A stretch of DNA of 64,000 nucleotides. Origin: Candidatus Latescibacterota bacterium. GTDB taxonomy: Bacteria > Latescibacterota > UBA2968 > GCA-2709665. Both the position numbers and the translations under genes were made by a program. Shown piece after piece: positions 1 to 10,682 of the stretch (within the stretch, counting starts at the first letter, position 1; each line of letters opens with the position of its first letter). Below the pieces are notes generated by a model, which saw only the letters and a list, made by a program, of their open reading frames with translations, searched no databases and had not been told where the DNA came from. Location of the stretch: positions 2,688,001 to 2,752,000 of the forward strand of contig OZ242180.1 in assembly GCA_965205485.1 (NCBI GenBank), read 5' to 3'.

Positions 1-1
1 A

Positions 2-1357
2 GGCGTTGGCAAGACGACCGCCGAATTGCAATCGCCTACAGACTATACGGGTATCTACGCCAATTGGGATCTGGACCTGGACAACGCAGACGGAGATAAT
101 GATCCGACCACCGGCGGAGACGACCCCTGGGACTTCGGCACGTCCAGCCAGTACCCGTTGCTGAACCTGGCATCACTGCGAGTACTTTCTGAGATCAGAT
201 TCATCACGTTGATTTGCGACCGCACCCAGCAGGTGCGTGACGAGATCGTGGCCAAGGTACCGGCGGTAAGCACTTGTGGCGATGTGACGACGGCGCATCT
301 CGCCGCGATTACGAGCCTTGATCTGCAACGGAAGTCAATATCCTTACTGAAAACCGGTGATTTCGCCGGACTGACGTCACTACGGTCTCTTGATCTCGTA
401 TCCAACCAATTGACCACATTGCCTGATGGTATTTTTAGCGAACTCGCCGCACTTACATACCTCGGACTGTCTGTCAATCGCATGACGACACTACCAGCGG
501 GTTTATTTGACGAACTGACAACACTGACAAAGCTCTCTCTGGCAGACAACAATTTGACTTCGTTGCCGACAGGTGTATTTGACAAAATCACCGCGTTGAC
601 AGACCTGCGTCTCCAAGGAAACGGTTTGGCTTCGCTGCCAGCAGGTATATTTGACAAACTGACGAATCTGTCCGTGCTCTACCTGGCAGATAACGATCTG
701 ACTTCGCTGCCAAGCGGGCTCTTCAACGAAGTCACCGGTTTGACAGAGCTCTATCTGCATCGCAACGAATTGACCGCACTCCCCGATGGTGTCTTTGACG
801 GACTGACCGGTTTGGCGGAACTCTGGCTTGGTGAAAACTCGGTTGATCCGTTGCCTATTATCGTATCGCTTGAAAAAGACAGGGATGGGCAACTTAAGGC
901 CACGGCGCCCACAGGCGCACCTTTTGATATTGTGCTTCCGATAATCATCACTAACGGCAGCATCAGGGGTGGCGCAACCACGATTGTGGTACCTACCGGC
1001 AGCACTGAAAGCGGACCCCTAACCCTGATTCGCACACCCGGCACGTCGGATGCCGTCACGGTGGATTTAGGTACGTTACCGGGACTGCCCACCGACCTGG
1101 ATCACAATGGCTACCCAAATCATAAAGGCTACACCCTCGTCAAATCCACCGACCTGCCGCTGGAGATGTTCACCAGCGGCGAAACCGGTACCACGACGGC
1201 CACTACCGACTTCAACGGCGACGGAAGGGTTGATTTCGTCGATTTCTTCCTCTTCGCCGACGCGTACGGCAGCACAAACGCCAAGTTTGATCTGGATGGC
1301 AACGGCACGGTGGATTTCGCGGATTTCTTCAAGTTCGTCGACGCATTCGGTTCGTGA
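2..1357 (+). CDS. Secreted LRR protein with C-terminal dockerin-like double EF-hand (5' end outside window)
   Basis: Frame is open from base 2 (GVGKTTAELQSPTDYTGIYANW); 24-aa LRRs (LxxLxLxxNxLTxLPxGxF); tail TDFNGDGRVDFVDFFLFADAYGS...DLDGNGTVDFADFF. Confidence 0.85.
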   Translation, partial: GVGKTTAELQSPTDYTGIYANWDLDLDNADGDNDPTTGGDDPWDFGTSSQYPLLNLASLRVLSEIRFITLICDRTQQVRDEIVAKVPAVSTCGDVTTAHLAAITSLDLQRKSISLLKTGDFAGLTSLRSLDLVSNQLTTLPDGIFSELAALTYLGLSVNRMTTLPAGLFDELTTLTKLSLADNNLTSLPTGVFDKITALTDLRLQGNGLASLPAGIFDKLTNLSVLYLADNDLTSLPSGLFNEVTGLTELYLHRNELTALPDGVFDGLTGLAELWLGENSVDPLPIIVSLEKDRDGQLKATAPTGAPFDIVLPIIITNGSIRGGATTIVVPTGSTESGPLTLIRTPGTSDAVTVDLGTLPGLPTDLDHNGYPNHKGYTLVKSTDLPLEMFTSGETGTTTATTDFNGDGRVDFVDFFLFADAYGSTNAKFDLDGNGTVDFADFFKFVDAFGS

Positions 1358-1407
1358 GCGCTGGTGAAAAGGGTCGGGAAATAGATCATGCTTAATGGTA
1401 CTCAGCA

Positions 1408-2754
1408 ATGAACATTGTCTGCTTACGACGGCATATCGTATGGATTCTCGTGTTGATGCCGGCAATCGTCGGGTATTCGCGTACGGGAAGCGGCGGCGAG
1501 GACGGCGACGTGGGCGAGTCGCAGAATGTGACCCTGGCCGCGTGTTGTGACCGGGACTCCGCCAAAGACATCAATACGCTGGACGCAGCCGGAAACGACG
1601 AACCGGAGGGCATCTGGTCCGACGGTACGACGATGTGGGTGGCGGACGACCAGTTCGGGGGCGACGAGAAGATTTACGCGTACGTCTTGGCTTCCGGTGA
1701 TCGGGATCCCACCAAAGACTTCGATACGCTGGACGCAGCCGGAAACGGTGAGCCGGAGGGCATCTGGTCCGACGGTACGACGATGTGGGTGGCGGACGAT
1801 CCGTGGTTCGGAGAGAAGATCTTTGCATATACCCTGGCCACCAAAGCCAGGGATCCGGACAAGGACATCAATACACTGGAAGCTTCCGCGAACGACAATC
1901 CGGAGGGGATCTGGTCGGATGGGACGACGATGTGGGTGGCGGACATGTCTGACGAGAAAATCTATGCTTACGCGATGGCGACCGGAGCCCGGGAATCCGG
2001 AAAGGACATTAATACATTGGATGAGGCTGGAAACGACGATCCAACGGGCATCTGGTCGGACGGTATCACGATGTGGGTGGCGGACGGCTTTGACGCCCGA
2101 ATCTACGCCTACAGCCTGACATCTGGGGTTCGGGTTCCCGGCAAAGACATCGATACCCTGGACGACGCGGGAAACGACAGCCCGACGGGCATCTGGTCGG
2201 ACGGTACGACGATGTGGGTGGCGGACGACTTCGACCACAAGATATACGCCTACGATATGCCGCCCCGAGATACCGCCACGACGGCGCCCGCCATACATTC
2301 GCTGACGGCCGGCCGCGGCTCGTTCACCATAACCTGGGCCGCGCCATCCAGTACGGGCGCCCCTGCCGTCACCGCCTACGATCTGCGCTACATCCACAGC
2401 GACGCCCCCGATAAGGCCGACGCGAACTGGACCATTGTCGAAGACGTCTGGACGACCGGTTCAGGGGCGCTGAGCTACAGCGTTAGCGGCCTTGCCGGCG
2501 GCCAGAGGTACGACGTACAGGTGCGGGCGGTCAGCGGCCCCGACGAAGGCCCATGGTCGCGGGTGCATGCCGTAACGACCATGGTGCAAGCGCCGGCGAC
2601 GACGGATTTCAATGGCGATGGGCGGACCGACTTTATTGACTTCTTCCTCTTTGCCGATGCGTTCGGCAGCACGGACGCGCGGTTTGATCTCGATGGCAAT
2701 GGCAGGGTGGATTTCGCGGATTTCTTCAGGTTTGTCGACGCGTTCGGGTCGTGA
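1408..2754 (+). CDS. Secreted GIWSDGTTMWVAD-repeat (beta-propeller-like) protein + FN3 + dockerin-like tail
   Basis: Signal-like N-terminus; five repeats of about 48 aa; FN3 (ITWAAP...YDVQVRAV); same tail as neighbours. Confidence 0.85.
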   Translation: MNIVCLRRHIVWILVLMPAIVGYSRTGSGGEDGDVGESQNVTLAACCDRDSAKDINTLDAAGNDEPEGIWSDGTTMWVADDQFGGDEKIYAYVLASGDRDPTKDFDTLDAAGNGEPEGIWSDGTTMWVADDPWFGEKIFAYTLATKARDPDKDINTLEASANDNPEGIWSDGTTMWVADMSDEKIYAYAMATGARESGKDINTLDEAGNDDPTGIWSDGITMWVADGFDARIYAYSLTSGVRVPGKDIDTLDDAGNDSPTGIWSDGTTMWVADDFDHKIYAYDMPPRDTATTAPAIHSLTAGRGSFTITWAAPSSTGAPAVTAYDLRYIHSDAPDKADANWTIVEDVWTTGSGALSYSVSGLAGGQRYDVQVRAVSGPDEGPWSRVHAVTTMVQAPATTDFNGDGRTDFIDFFLFADAFGSTDARFDLDGNGRVDFADFFRFVDAFGS

Positions 2755-2805
2755 ACGCAGTTGGATGTGATAGAGGGAATGGATCGTGACTGGAGGAATG
2801 CTGCG

Positions 2806-3885
2806 ATGAAGAACTTCGTTTCCAGGCGAAGATGTGTCGTGTGGATTCTCGCTGTTGTGATGCTCGCGCCGTTCGTGTATTCCCGTGCGGGTAGCGGTGG
2901 CGACGACGGCGACATGGGCGAGTTACGGAAGATGGCCCTGGCGGCGTGTTGCGACAGGAACCCGGGCAAAGACTTCGATACGCTGGACGCCGCCGGAAAC
3001 GACGAGCCGACCGGTATCTGGTCGGACGGAACGACGATGTGGGTGGCGGACGACGCGGAGGGGTGGGTGGATGGTTTGGAGAACAACGACAGGATTTACG
3101 CGTACGTCCTGGCCACGATGGCGCGGGACCCGAGCAAAGACTTCAACACGTTGAACGCCGCGGGAAACGACGATCCGGAGGGCATCTGGTCCGATGGAAC
3201 GACGATGTGGGTGGCGGACCAATCTGAGGAGAAGCTGTATGCCTATGACATGACGACCAGGGAGCGTGTCGCGGCCAGGGACTTCAATACGCTGGATGCC
3301 GCCGGAAACGACGAGCCGAAAGGTATCTGGTCGGACGGAACGACGATGTGGGTGGCAGACGACGCGCAGGGGTTGTGGTTTGCGGAAGACAACGATAAGA
3401 TCTATGCGTACGTCCTGGCCACGACAGCCCGGGATCCGAGCAAAGACTTCAACACGTTGAACGCCGCGGGAAACGACGATCCGGAGGGCATCTGGTCGGA
3501 CGGAAAAACGATGTGGGTGGCGGACCAATCTGACGAAAAGGTGTATGCCTATGACATGACGACCAGGGAGCGTGTCCGGGCGAAGGACTTCAATACGCTG
3601 GATGCCGCCGGAAACGACGAGCCGACCGGCATCTGGTCGGATGGGAGGACCATGTGGGTCGCGGACGACGCTGATGAAACAATCTACGCCTACAATATGC
3701 CGCAACCGAACGCAGCCCCACCGGGCGTGTCCACGGACTTCAACGGCGATGGCAGGACGGATTTCGTCGATTTCTTCCTTTTTGCCGACGCGTACGGCAG
3801 TACGGACCCACGTTTTGACCTGGATGGAAACGGGGTCGTGGATTTCGCAGACTTCTTCAAGTTTGTGGATGCATTCGGCTCGTAA
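2806..3885 (+). CDS. Secreted GIWSDGTTMWVAD-repeat protein + dockerin-like tail
   Basis: GGAGG upstream of ATG 2806; five repeats; paralog of 1408..2754. Confidence 0.85.
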   Translation: MKNFVSRRRCVVWILAVVMLAPFVYSRAGSGGDDGDMGELRKMALAACCDRNPGKDFDTLDAAGNDEPTGIWSDGTTMWVADDAEGWVDGLENNDRIYAYVLATMARDPSKDFNTLNAAGNDDPEGIWSDGTTMWVADQSEEKLYAYDMTTRERVAARDFNTLDAAGNDEPKGIWSDGTTMWVADDAQGLWFAEDNDKIYAYVLATTARDPSKDFNTLNAAGNDDPEGIWSDGKTMWVADQSDEKVYAYDMTTRERVRAKDFNTLDAAGNDEPTGIWSDGRTMWVADDADETIYAYNMPQPNAAPPGVSTDFNGDGRTDFVDFFLFADAYGSTDPRFDLDGNGVVDFADFFKFVDAFGS

Positions 3886-3906
3886 TGCCTTACAGGAGCA
3901 TAATTC

Positions 3907-6261
3907 ATGCCTCCAAAACGGGTTCCATTGGCTTTCGCGGCGATTGTGTCGCTGGCGTTTGCCGGTCAGGCCATTGCCGGACCCAATGCGAATGCGGTAC
4001 TCTCACTTGATCTGATTGCCGATGGTGGGGCGGGCAACCGGGCGGACGACGGCGTCATCACCGGTACGGTTTCCGGTCACGGACAGACCATCGCCGTCGA
4101 GGTCTTCGCCACAGGCGTGAGTACGCCCCTGATCGGCATGATCCTCAGGTTTGACTTTGACGCTTCTGTGCTGTCCTTCGTCAAGGCCGAGAACAGCGCA
4201 TTTCCGTTAACGCTTCCAGAAGGATCGATCGGCGCCAACTTCGCGTCCGGTACGCCGATAACGCTGGCGCCGTCCGGATTTCTGGCGCGGGCTGAGTTTG
4301 AAACGGTTGCGGACGTCGCTGGCCGGGAGTTTTCCGTCGGCATCGACATGGTCACGCTTGCCGAGAGCACCACGTCCAGCGATGTACTTTCGACGACGAA
4401 TGTGATCACGTTCAATGCCACGCCTTCAGGGGCCGTTGGCAGCGACGCTCTGTCACTTGACCTCATATCGGACGGCGGGGCGGGCAACCGGATCGACGAT
4501 GGCGTCACGTCAGGTACTGTAACCGGAAGGGGAACAACCATCGCGATGGAGGTTTTCGCTGCGGATGTGAGAACACCGTTAATCGGAATGGTCCTCAAAT
4601 TCGATTTCGATGCTACGCTTCTTAGCTTCGTCGAGGCCGAGAACAGTGCGTTTCCCCTCACACTTCCCGAAGGGTCCGTGGGCGCCAATTTCGCGGCCAG
4701 TACGCCCGTCACGCTGGCGCCATCCGGATTTCTGGCGCGCGCCGAGTTTGAGACGATTTCTGACGTGACGGGCCGTGAGTTTTCAATCGGCATCGACATG
4801 GTCACACTTGCCGAGAGCACCACGTCTAGAGAGGTGCTTACGACAACAGACGCGATCGCGTTCAATGCGATTTCTTCTCCGGACTTCGACGGCGACGGGA
4901 CAGTCGGTTTTTCCGACTTTGTTCAATTCGCGTCGAGATTCGGTGAACAACAGGGCGACGCGGGGTTTGACGCTCGATTCGATCTCGACGGTAACGGCGA
5001 GATCGGCTTCTCCGATTTTCTGATCTTTGCGCGGAATTTCGGTAATGAGGTCCCGACTTTCGGGGTCGAAAGCCCGGATCTTGTACTCGATGCGCCCATG
5101 GTGAGCGGCAACGCCCCCACGCCAGGGCAATCCTTCACCCTCAATGTGACCGTGCGCAATCTTGGAAGTGGTCGGGCTCCCTCGACAACGCTACGCTATT
5201 ACCGCTCGCCGAATGCGACGATTTCAACGAACGATACGGAAGTTGGCACGGTTGTGTTGCGGGAGCTTGCGGCATCAGGAACCGTTGACGAGTCGATTGG
5301 TTTGACGGCGCCATCGTCCGCCGGCGTATACTACTACGGCGCCTGTGTGGATGCGGTCACGGGTGAATCCGACACCGGAAACAACTGCTCTCGTGGCGTG
5401 TCTGTTACCGTCGCACCGTCTCCTTTCCGAATCGAGGTCGTTTTCGTTGAAAGCGCCTCCCGCGGCGGATACAACACGTCCCAGAAGGCACTGTTCCACA
5501 AGGCTGCCGCACGATGGATGTCCATTATTACCGGAGACATTCCGGACAGCGATTTCTCGGACAGACCGATCGACCGATGGGACGATCTTCTGGAAGCACG
5601 GATATTCGTCGACGATACTGTGGATGATCTGCGGATTTTCGTTGGCATAGGGGATATCGACGGCGCCAGGGGCACGCTTGGAAGAGGCGGAACGCGCATT
5701 GTAAGAAGAAATCGTAATCAGGGTACCCTGGTTACGAAGATCGGTGCGATAGCAATCGATAAGGACGATCTGGAGTGGATGTCTGAGACCCTTCTGTTGG
5801 GCGTAATAATGCATGAGATGGGGCACGTGCTCGGGTTTGGGACGTTATGGGAAACACTGGACCTTGTTCGCGGAGAGCGCGATGTGTATTTCACCGGCCC
5901 ACGGGCGATTCGAGCGTTCGACGACGCGGGAGGCCTGAACTACAGCGGCCCAAAGGTACCTGCAGAGAGCGATAGCAGTCATTGGAGAGGGTCGGTGTTC
6001 GGCGAAGAACTGATGACAGCAAGCTTCAGGACGGACCTCGCAGGGTCCGTTGCCTTGAGCAGGATCACGATTCAGTCGCTGGCCGACCACGGCTACCAGG
6101 TCGACGTCGGCCAGGCCGACGAATACAGGCTGCCCGCCCCCGTAAGCGCTAAGCCCGTCGCGGAGCATCTGATGCACTGGGGGGATTGCATTGCGGAGGG
6201 CCCGATCTATGTGGTCGATGAGAAGGGGCGCATCGTCGACGTCCTGGGAAGACATGAATGA
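3907..6261 (+). CDS. Two cohesin-like domains + dockerin-like EF-hand pair + CARDB + M8/leishmanolysin-like metallopeptidase
   Basis: Duplicated ~145-aa beta-rich domain (IAVEVFA..LRFDFDASVLSFV); DFDGDGTVGFSDF pair; CARDB-like (PDLV...YYYGACVD); HEMGHVLG and SHW...ELMT. Confidence 0.7.
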   Translation: MPPKRVPLAFAAIVSLAFAGQAIAGPNANAVLSLDLIADGGAGNRADDGVITGTVSGHGQTIAVEVFATGVSTPLIGMILRFDFDASVLSFVKAENSAFPLTLPEGSIGANFASGTPITLAPSGFLARAEFETVADVAGREFSVGIDMVTLAESTTSSDVLSTTNVITFNATPSGAVGSDALSLDLISDGGAGNRIDDGVTSGTVTGRGTTIAMEVFAADVRTPLIGMVLKFDFDATLLSFVEAENSAFPLTLPEGSVGANFAASTPVTLAPSGFLARAEFETISDVTGREFSIGIDMVTLAESTTSREVLTTTDAIAFNAISSPDFDGDGTVGFSDFVQFASRFGEQQGDAGFDARFDLDGNGEIGFSDFLIFARNFGNEVPTFGVESPDLVLDAPMVSGNAPTPGQSFTLNVTVRNLGSGRAPSTTLRYYRSPNATISTNDTEVGTVVLRELAASGTVDESIGLTAPSSAGVYYYGACVDAVTGESDTGNNCSRGVSVTVAPSPFRIEVVFVESASRGGYNTSQKALFHKAAARWMSIITGDIPDSDFSDRPIDRWDDLLEARIFVDDTVDDLRIFVGIGDIDGARGTLGRGGTRIVRRNRNQGTLVTKIGAIAIDKDDLEWMSETLLLGVIMHEMGHVLGFGTLWETLDLVRGERDVYFTGPRAIRAFDDAGGLNYSGPKVPAESDSSHWRGSVFGEELMTASFRTDLAGSVALSRITIQSLADHGYQVDVGQADEYRLPAPVSAKPVAEHLMHWGDCIAEGPIYVVDEKGRIVDVLGRHE

Positions 6262-6332
6262 CCGCATTGAGAAATGCGCCTTCGGCGCGTGGATTCAACC
6301 GGGAGCGGACGTCACCAGCGGAGGCTCCTGAC

Positions 6333-9300
6333 GTGAAGACAATCTTGTATATCGCAATTCTGCCAGTTCTGGCTGTCCTTCTCCCGCCGCCGTCAGAGGG
6401 CTATGCATCTTCGGTGCCTGCCGACAGCGTACATTTCTGCCTGCCTGTCGATCCCGAACAGAGGAAGAACGATGCGCCCCAACCGGCGGGTAAGTGGGCG
6501 TCCAACCTGAACGTCGGCGAGCCACGCACCGTGCGGCTCTTCTACTTCCTGCCTAACGACCGGCCGTATCGCACCGAAGTCGTGGATTCGATGAAAGCGG
6601 GGATCCTCGATCTTCAGACTTTCTTTGCCGGGCAGATGGAAGCCCATGGACACGGGAACACAACATTCCGGATTGAAACCGATGATCAGGGCGTTCCGAT
6701 TGTCCACAGCGTGGACGGCGACCACGCTGACAGCCACTACAGCCGCCGGGGATATACAGAAGGAGAGATTGGACGTGCATTCGACAACTCGAAGAACATC
6801 GCACTGATTGTCATGGACGTCAGCGCGAGTTCAGCCCACGGGCGTGGAACAGGCGCGAAGGACAGCGGATGGGCGATAATTTACGGCGACTGGAACTGGT
6901 TTGCCGCCGCCCATGAACTGGGCCATTCGTTCGGCATGCACCACGACTTCCGCGACAACGAGTACGTAATGTCGTATGGGCGCGCGGACCGATCGTCCGC
7001 CAGACTGTCTGCGTGCGCCGCCGAATTTCTGTCCGTTCATCCGTACTTCATCGCCGACGTCCCGCTCGAAAACGTATCGCCGCCCGCCGTTGAACTCGTT
7101 TCATCTGAATATCCGTTCGGGTCAGTAAGTACACCCGTCCGGCTGAGAGTCCGGGATGATGATGGACTTCACCAGGTCATCCTGTTCGTTCGCCCCAAGA
7201 ATCCCTTTCTGGGTGGCACGCCTGAAGTGAAAGCATGTGACGGATTGTCGGGTGAAACCGATACTGTCGTTGAGTTCAATTTCGACGGCAGGCTTCCATC
7301 GGACAACGTGGGCACCGCACCGGAGGCGCATACGACGCTCTCCAATACGGTCCTGCATCCGATCTATGTCATAGCAGTCGATACAGCCGGGAATCGAACC
7401 AGCACGGTGAGTCTTAAGGCATTTACGCTCGAGGCGGGACACTCGCCACAACACATCGCCACACTCGAAAGGCCGAATTTCTACGATATCGGCGACTTCG
7501 CGTTTTCCCCAGATGGCGCATTTCTGGCAATAGGCGAATCAGGGCGAGTGGAGTTGCTTGACGCTGCGAAAAGGGAGACGATAGCCACCTTTCACCATTC
7601 GGCCAACACGATCCCGGCGGTAGCCTTCTCACCCGACGGTACACTGCTCGCCGCGGGATCGAAGGAAGGCACGATCAAAGTGTGGAACGTGACCAGTGAA
7701 ACAGAGGTCGCGACGCTGGCAGGACACGCTGATCAGGTGGCGTCTCTGGATTTCTCCTCGGATGGTTCGATGCTCGCTTCGGGATCATTCGACCGTACGG
7801 TAAAGTTGTGGAACGTCGCGACCTGGACAAATGGCGCTACCCTTGAAGGACACACGGAAAGAGTAGGCAAGATCGCCTTTGTGCGCGAAGGGAAGCTTGC
7901 TTCCGCATCCGTAACCGGTACTGTCAGGCTTTGGAACGTGTCCACAAGAACCCAGATTTCGACCATTGAGACTGGAGCAAAAGGAGCCGTAGCGGTTTCA
8001 AAGAACGGGACACTCGTCGCATCACCCATTTCATGGGCAGTGAAGCTCTGGGATCTGGCAACAGGAGCACAGACCGGCGCCGTGAACGATATGCGAGACT
8101 ACAATCGTGCCTATCCGGTGATTTCGCCGGATGGCGCCACTCTCGCAGTGACGGCTTTCGGTCTGATTGAATTGTGGGACATATCGAAGAGTGAACTCCT
8201 GGCGTCGATCTCAGGTGGGCCGGGCGGCGTGCGGCGCATGACGTTTTCTCCGGACGGAAGAATGCTCATCGGCAACGATGCGAGGCCGAATAGCAGGCAG
8301 ATCAAATTCTGGGACGTGTCAGAGTGGACGGCGTCCATTGCTCCGGTCGGCCAGCGCACGTCGCAGGTGCGAGATGCGATTCTCGGCGTTGTCCGTTTGA
8401 ACGATCCCAATGTTTCGAGCTTTGCGCAAATCACGGCGACACACCTTGATGGCATAACCGCACTTTATCTAAACGGTACAGGCATCGCATCTTTGAAATC
8501 CGGGGACTTCGATGGGCTCACTAGTCTGGAGGAACTCTTGCTGTATGGCAACCAACTCACGAGTCTGCCGGGGGACATTTTCTCCGGGCTTACGTCTCTG
8601 GAAACGCTGCGTTTCGGCCTTAATCAATTGCCAACGTTGCCGTCGGGCCTCCTTGACGGACTGACCGCACTAACGGACCTGCGCATGATCGGCAACCGGC
8701 TGACGGCGCTGCCCGATAGCATCTTCGCAGGACTGACCGGGCTGACCAGGCTTTCCCTGGGAAGCAATTCGGTCGATCCCTTGCCGCTCAACGTGTCTCT
8801 GGAAAAAACCGGAGAAGGACAGTTCAAGGCCGTGGCGCCCACTGGCGCGCCGTTCGAAATCGTCCTGTCGCTGATCGTTGCAAACGGCACCATAACCGGC
8901 GGCGCGACGACAATCACTGTTCCCGCTGGCAGCCTCGAAAGCGATACGCTCTCCGTAAGGCGTACACCCGGCACTACGTTCGCCGCTACCGTGGATATAG
9001 GTACACTGCCGGCGTTGCCCGCGAATCATTCCGGATATGCTCTCGTCAAGTCCGCCGACCTGCCGCTCGCGGTCACTGCCGGGGCTGTCGTAACTGAAGT
9101 TTGGTCCGGAACTATCACAGTTGGGTCATGGGGGAATGCATTCGGAAATGGCAATGCCACTGGTTTTGGTTACAGTCGTCGTGATAATGCCGGTGCAGTT
9201 TCAAACCCAACGTTTACTTATAGAGGCATTGGTTATACAATCAACGGTTTCGGATTTGCCAAAATTGGCAACAATCCAGCGCATCGATATGTGCTGACCA

Positions 9301-10541
9301 TAAGTCCTGGGTTTTCACCATGCGACAAGAAGCTCCTGACTCTTGGAAGTTTACGGTTAGCTGATGCGTTAGATGGTTCAGCTTACGGTTCGCACGCCTA
9401 TCATTGGCAAGGACGATGGGCAGTTTGGGCACCGATTGGGCAGCGATGGTCTCTTTCAATTACCCTGCACCCGGCTGTCCCGGATTCCCCCATCGCAACC
9501 GCCATCGTCGAGGGGAACCAGGTGACGCTGCATTGGACCACGCCGTGCGATGGCGGCATCGCTATCACGCGCCACGAGTACCGGGAAAAGGTGGGAACCG
9601 GATCGTTCGGTTCATGGATGCCTGTTCCCAACAGTGGCGCCGGTGGAGTAAACGAGGCAAGCTACACCGTTACCGGTCTGAGCAACCCTTCACGATACAT
9701 ATTCGAGGTTCGCGCGGTGAACACCGTGGGCGAGGGGGAGACGTCCGCTGAAGCCATGGTAAGCAGTCTGCCCGCCGTGCCGCTCGCCGAACGAACGGCA
9801 CAGGTGCGCGATGGAATTGTTGCCGCTGTGCCGGACATCAGCGACTCCAGCATTGTGACCGAGGCCCATCTCGCCGCGATTACCCGGCTTCGCCTCGGCT
9901 ACCAGAACATCTCAGCGTTGAAATCGGGTGATTTTTCCGGATTGACCGGTCTTACCCGCCTCTACCTGCCTGGCAATCAGCTCAGCAGCCTGCCTGATGG
10001 CCTATTTGAAGGACTGACCTCGCTGACAGAACTCCGCCTCGGCGGCAACCCCGTCGACCCCTTGCCGCTCAACGTGTCCCTGGAGAAGGTTGGCACGAAT
10101 CAGTTCAAGGCAGTGGCCCCTGCCGGCGCTCCGTTTGATGTCGTCCTGCCGCTCTCCGTCACCAATGGCAGCATCAGTGGCGCCGCCACGACGATCACGA
10201 TACCCAGGGGTAGCGTCGAAAGCCAGCCGCTCACCGTGACCCGCACTTCCGGCACAACCGCGGCAGTTACCGTCAATATCGGCACGTTACCGGGGCTGCC
10301 CAATGGCCATTTCGGATACGCGCTCGTCAAGTCCTCCGATCTGCCTCTCGAAATATTCGGCGGTGGCGTGACCGGAGCGCAAGCCTCAACCGATTTCAAC
10401 GGCGACGGACGGACTGATTTCGTAGATTTCTTCCTCTTTGCAGATGCGTACGGCAGCACAAACGCCAGATTCGACCTGGACGGCAACGGCACGGTCGACT
10501 TCGCCGATTTCTTCAGATTCGTCGATGCATTTGGCGCGTAG
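6333..10541 (+). CDS. Metzincin peptidase + WD40 + LRR + FN3 + LRR + dockerin-like tail
   Basis: HELGHSFGMHH with Met-turn (VMSY); WD40 repeats (GH...AFSPDG..LASGS.D.TVKLW); two LRR blocks; GTG start after GGAGG. Confidence 0.85.
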   Translation: MKTILYIAILPVLAVLLPPPSEGYASSVPADSVHFCLPVDPEQRKNDAPQPAGKWASNLNVGEPRTVRLFYFLPNDRPYRTEVVDSMKAGILDLQTFFAGQMEAHGHGNTTFRIETDDQGVPIVHSVDGDHADSHYSRRGYTEGEIGRAFDNSKNIALIVMDVSASSAHGRGTGAKDSGWAIIYGDWNWFAAAHELGHSFGMHHDFRDNEYVMSYGRADRSSARLSACAAEFLSVHPYFIADVPLENVSPPAVELVSSEYPFGSVSTPVRLRVRDDDGLHQVILFVRPKNPFLGGTPEVKACDGLSGETDTVVEFNFDGRLPSDNVGTAPEAHTTLSNTVLHPIYVIAVDTAGNRTSTVSLKAFTLEAGHSPQHIATLERPNFYDIGDFAFSPDGAFLAIGESGRVELLDAAKRETIATFHHSANTIPAVAFSPDGTLLAAGSKEGTIKVWNVTSETEVATLAGHADQVASLDFSSDGSMLASGSFDRTVKLWNVATWTNGATLEGHTERVGKIAFVREGKLASASVTGTVRLWNVSTRTQISTIETGAKGAVAVSKNGTLVASPISWAVKLWDLATGAQTGAVNDMRDYNRAYPVISPDGATLAVTAFGLIELWDISKSELLASISGGPGGVRRMTFSPDGRMLIGNDARPNSRQIKFWDVSEWTASIAPVGQRTSQVRDAILGVVRLNDPNVSSFAQITATHLDGITALYLNGTGIASLKSGDFDGLTSLEELLLYGNQLTSLPGDIFSGLTSLETLRFGLNQLPTLPSGLLDGLTALTDLRMIGNRLTALPDSIFAGLTGLTRLSLGSNSVDPLPLNVSLEKTGEGQFKAVAPTGAPFEIVLSLIVANGTITGGATTITVPAGSLESDTLSVRRTPGTTFAATVDIGTLPALPANHSGYALVKSADLPLAVTAGAVVTEVWSGTITVGSWGNAFGNGNATGFGYSRRDNAGAVSNPTFTYRGIGYTINGFGFAKIGNNPAHRYVLTISPGFSPCDKKLLTLGSLRLADALDGSAYGSHAYHWQGRWAVWAPIGQRWSLSITLHPAVPDSPIATAIVEGNQVTLHWTTPCDGGIAITRHEYREKVGTGSFGSWMPVPNSGAGGVNEASYTVTGLSNPSRYIFEVRAVNTVGEGETSAEAMVSSLPAVPLAERTAQVRDGIVAAVPDISDSSIVTEAHLAAITRLRLGYQNISALKSGDFSGLTGLTRLYLPGNQLSSLPDGLFEGLTSLTELRLGGNPVDPLPLNVSLEKVGTNQFKAVAPAGAPFDVVLPLSVTNGSISGAATTITIPRGSVESQPLTVTRTSGTTAAVTVNIGTLPGLPNGHFGYALVKSSDLPLEIFGGGVTGAQASTDFNGDGRTDFVDFFLFADAYGSTNARFDLDGNGTVDFADFFRFVDAFGA

Positions 10542-10682
10542 GCCACTCTGGCGACGACGTCGATGGACACTGTCCGGTTCGAAGCCCATCGAATCCGTTC
10601 GAAAGTGGAGCAACCGGTAAACTCGAGCGTGAACCGGAAACGGCTAAGGTGGTCACGGTCTGTATTGCCGGAAACCCGAAGA

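Noticed and set aside
1560..3700. Periodic ~145-bp DNA repeats that could be taken for a CRISPR array or DGR template/variable repeats
   Set aside because: They are in-frame protein repeats; no reverse transcriptase and no obvious adenine-specific variation
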